From a virus, in the IMG/VR virus record IMGVR_UViG_3300042898_004337, positions 5,607-69,606 of that record: 64,000 nucleotides of DNA. One strand, written 5' to 3'. Position 1 is the stretch's first letter; each line of letters opens with the position of its first letter. The position numbers and the translations under genes were made by a program. The notes under the pieces are model-generated. The model saw nothing but the letters and a program-made list of their open reading frames with translations. It did not search any database and was not told where the DNA came from. Positions 62,730 through 64,000 of this stretch are shown piece after piece.

Positions 62730-62903
62730 ATGTTTGAGTCAATCGAGATCCGTAAGGTAAAAAACGGTGTTGTAGTAACTTTGCGGACCGATGACGAGGA
62801 CGCAGAATACGTTTACGATACCGATAGAAAAGCTATCAAGTTCATTAAGGACATGTTAGAGTCTAAAGGTAACGTAAGCGTTAAGGAAAAACATGACAGT
62901 TAA
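62730..62903 (+). CDS. hypothetical small protein (57 aa)
   Basis: AAAGGTGA RBS; overlaps next gene start by 11 nt. Confidence 0.4.
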   Translation: MFESIEIRKVKNGVVVTLRTDDEDAEYVYDTDRKAIKFIKDMLESKGNVSVKEKHDS

Positions 62904-63348
62904 AAAACAATATGCAGTAGGTGATACAGTATGGATATATGGCATTAACCGAAGCAATACCAAGCCTGTTCAGGGCAAGGTTATTAAAGTAATTGACCTA
63001 AGTGAAGCAGGGTACTCTGTCGGTGATCACTATATTATCGAAGTACCTTCACACATTGAACCTATTCTTGAGATTCGAACGTGGCATAACATTAGTCAAG
63101 ACGAAAAAGGTCCGGTGGGGTCTTTAAGAAACCTTGGTAATTTTGAATCTACTATTAAATTTGCCAGTACTGTTGGTTTTGCATTTGATGATCATCCCAG
63201 TCTTGACTCATCTGAGGAAGAAGAAGGGCCTAGCACGGAAGAAATACATGCGGCTCTACAGAAGAGTCAAATGGAGATGGAACACGCTCCTTTAAATCTA
63301 AAAGACAATAAACCAAAGCGTCGGTACTTTAAAAAGAAGAAGGCATGA
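62893..63348 (+). CDS. hypothetical protein (151 aa; acidic C-terminus)
   Basis: ORF track. Confidence 0.45.
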   Translation: MTVKKQYAVGDTVWIYGINRSNTKPVQGKVIKVIDLSEAGYSVGDHYIIEVPSHIEPILEIRTWHNISQDEKGPVGSLRNLGNFESTIKFASTVGFAFDDHPSLDSSEEEEGPSTEEIHAALQKSQMEMEHAPLNLKDNKPKRRYFKKKKA

Positions 63349-63674
63349 GCGCACTTGATGATTTGCAGGCGGTGATATTTCAGTGGAGCAAAAAACTTTC
63401 TGTGATTAAACCTAAACTTAATTGTGATGGAACAGGTACCGGTGTAAGATGGTGGCGGCTACAACTTGTAGAAGACTGGGGTTCGTCCGAGGCAGAGGAA
63501 TTTGTAAACGACCATCTTCATTCAATAAATCTAGACAACTGTGTTAGATGGACAGAAGAAAAATTAAAAGATTGGCCCAACTGTAAGCGAATGTCTTGGG
63601 ACATGTGGGATTTTAAAAATCGCAGTGATGCTGAAAAATTTATAACTGTATTTCATCTATCATGGGCTCAGTAA
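63345..63674 (+). CDS. hypothetical protein (109 aa)
   Basis: ATGA overlap. Confidence 0.4.
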   Translation: MSALDDLQAVIFQWSKKLSVIKPKLNCDGTGTGVRWWRLQLVEDWGSSEAEEFVNDHLHSINLDNCVRWTEEKLKDWPNCKRMSWDMWDFKNRSDAEKFITVFHLSWAQ

Positions 63675-63955
63675 GATATACTGTAGAAGGCGATGTTGTG
63701 AAAAAGATTCACAAGGTTGTTGTGCATAAGTTTAATCTTGCCGATGTCGACGATCCTGACATATATGCTGCTGGGCCTATGTTTGATTGGGAACGTAGTG
63801 AAGCAGGGCAGTTTGTATTCAAACACGCTGTAGATAAACCAGAATGGCATAGACATATGGATTCAATGTGGACGGGATATAGGTATATTATTATGGCGGA
63901 ACTTGAAGCAAAGAAGTTATCCGAGTTTTATCTTCGTTGGGGACAAGTTAAATAA
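63662..63955 (+). CDS. hypothetical protein (97 aa)
   Basis: ORF track. Confidence 0.4.
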   Translation: MGSVRYTVEGDVVKKIHKVVVHKFNLADVDDPDIYAAGPMFDWERSEAGQFVFKHAVDKPEWHRHMDSMWTGYRYIIMAELEAKKLSEFYLRWGQVK

Positions 63956-64000
63956 ATGTATGAAAATCCTAACTATCCTTCTTCTGTTCTGCTCTCTAAA
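63956..64000 (+). CDS. hypothetical protein (3' partial, runs off window)
   Basis: TAAATG stop-start junction; open to window end. Confidence 0.25.
   Translation, partial: MYENPNYPSSVLLSK

Overview
This window reads as an early-gene region of a large T4-like myovirus, with several accessory islands. The identification as T4-like rests on convincing rIIA (32456-34633) and rIIB (34635-35690) homologues and on at least 14 perfect TTGACA-N17-TATAAT promoters of the T4-early style. Bases 1-17300 carry host-like auxiliary genes (Hsp20, ClpS, a heme oxygenase plus a PebS/PcyA-type bilin reductase) and a complete curli-type amyloid secretion operon with CsgF-like and CsgG-like proteins and two curlin-repeat proteins. 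The same stretch also holds a CHASE2 sensor fused to a class III nucleotidyl cyclase, a methyltransferase and glycosyltransferases. Bases 17300-27100 are a dense tRNA array of about 50 genes or tRNA-like elements. All 20 amino acids are covered, several tRNAs are atypical, and conserved hairpin repeats, small structured RNAs and an HNH endonuclease gene are interspersed. Bases 27100-41100 hold small early genes under consensus promoters: a dual-specificity phosphatase, a P-loop kinase, a metallophosphoesterase, 2OG-Fe(II) oxygenases, an HD-domain (p)ppGpp-hydrolase-like gene, rIIA/rIIB, an SPFH-domain lipoprotein, glycosyltransferases and a dCMP deaminase. Bases 41100-59250 are a visibly more AT-rich, Shine-Dalgarno-poor island that looks like an uncharacterised biosynthetic or lipid-tailoring cluster. 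It encodes two B12-binding radical SAM enzymes, two acyl-lipid desaturase-like membrane proteins, four PP-loop (Asn-synthetase/QueC-like) ATPases, a Rieske protein, a BKACE, an SDR, an acyl-CoA ligase-like enzyme and three orphan periplasmic binding proteins. The 3' end has a GTP cyclohydrolase I-like gene, a nucleotide-sugar dehydrogenase-like gene and further small genes. Coordinates for the tRNAs and small ORFs were derived by hand and may be off by 1-3 nt.
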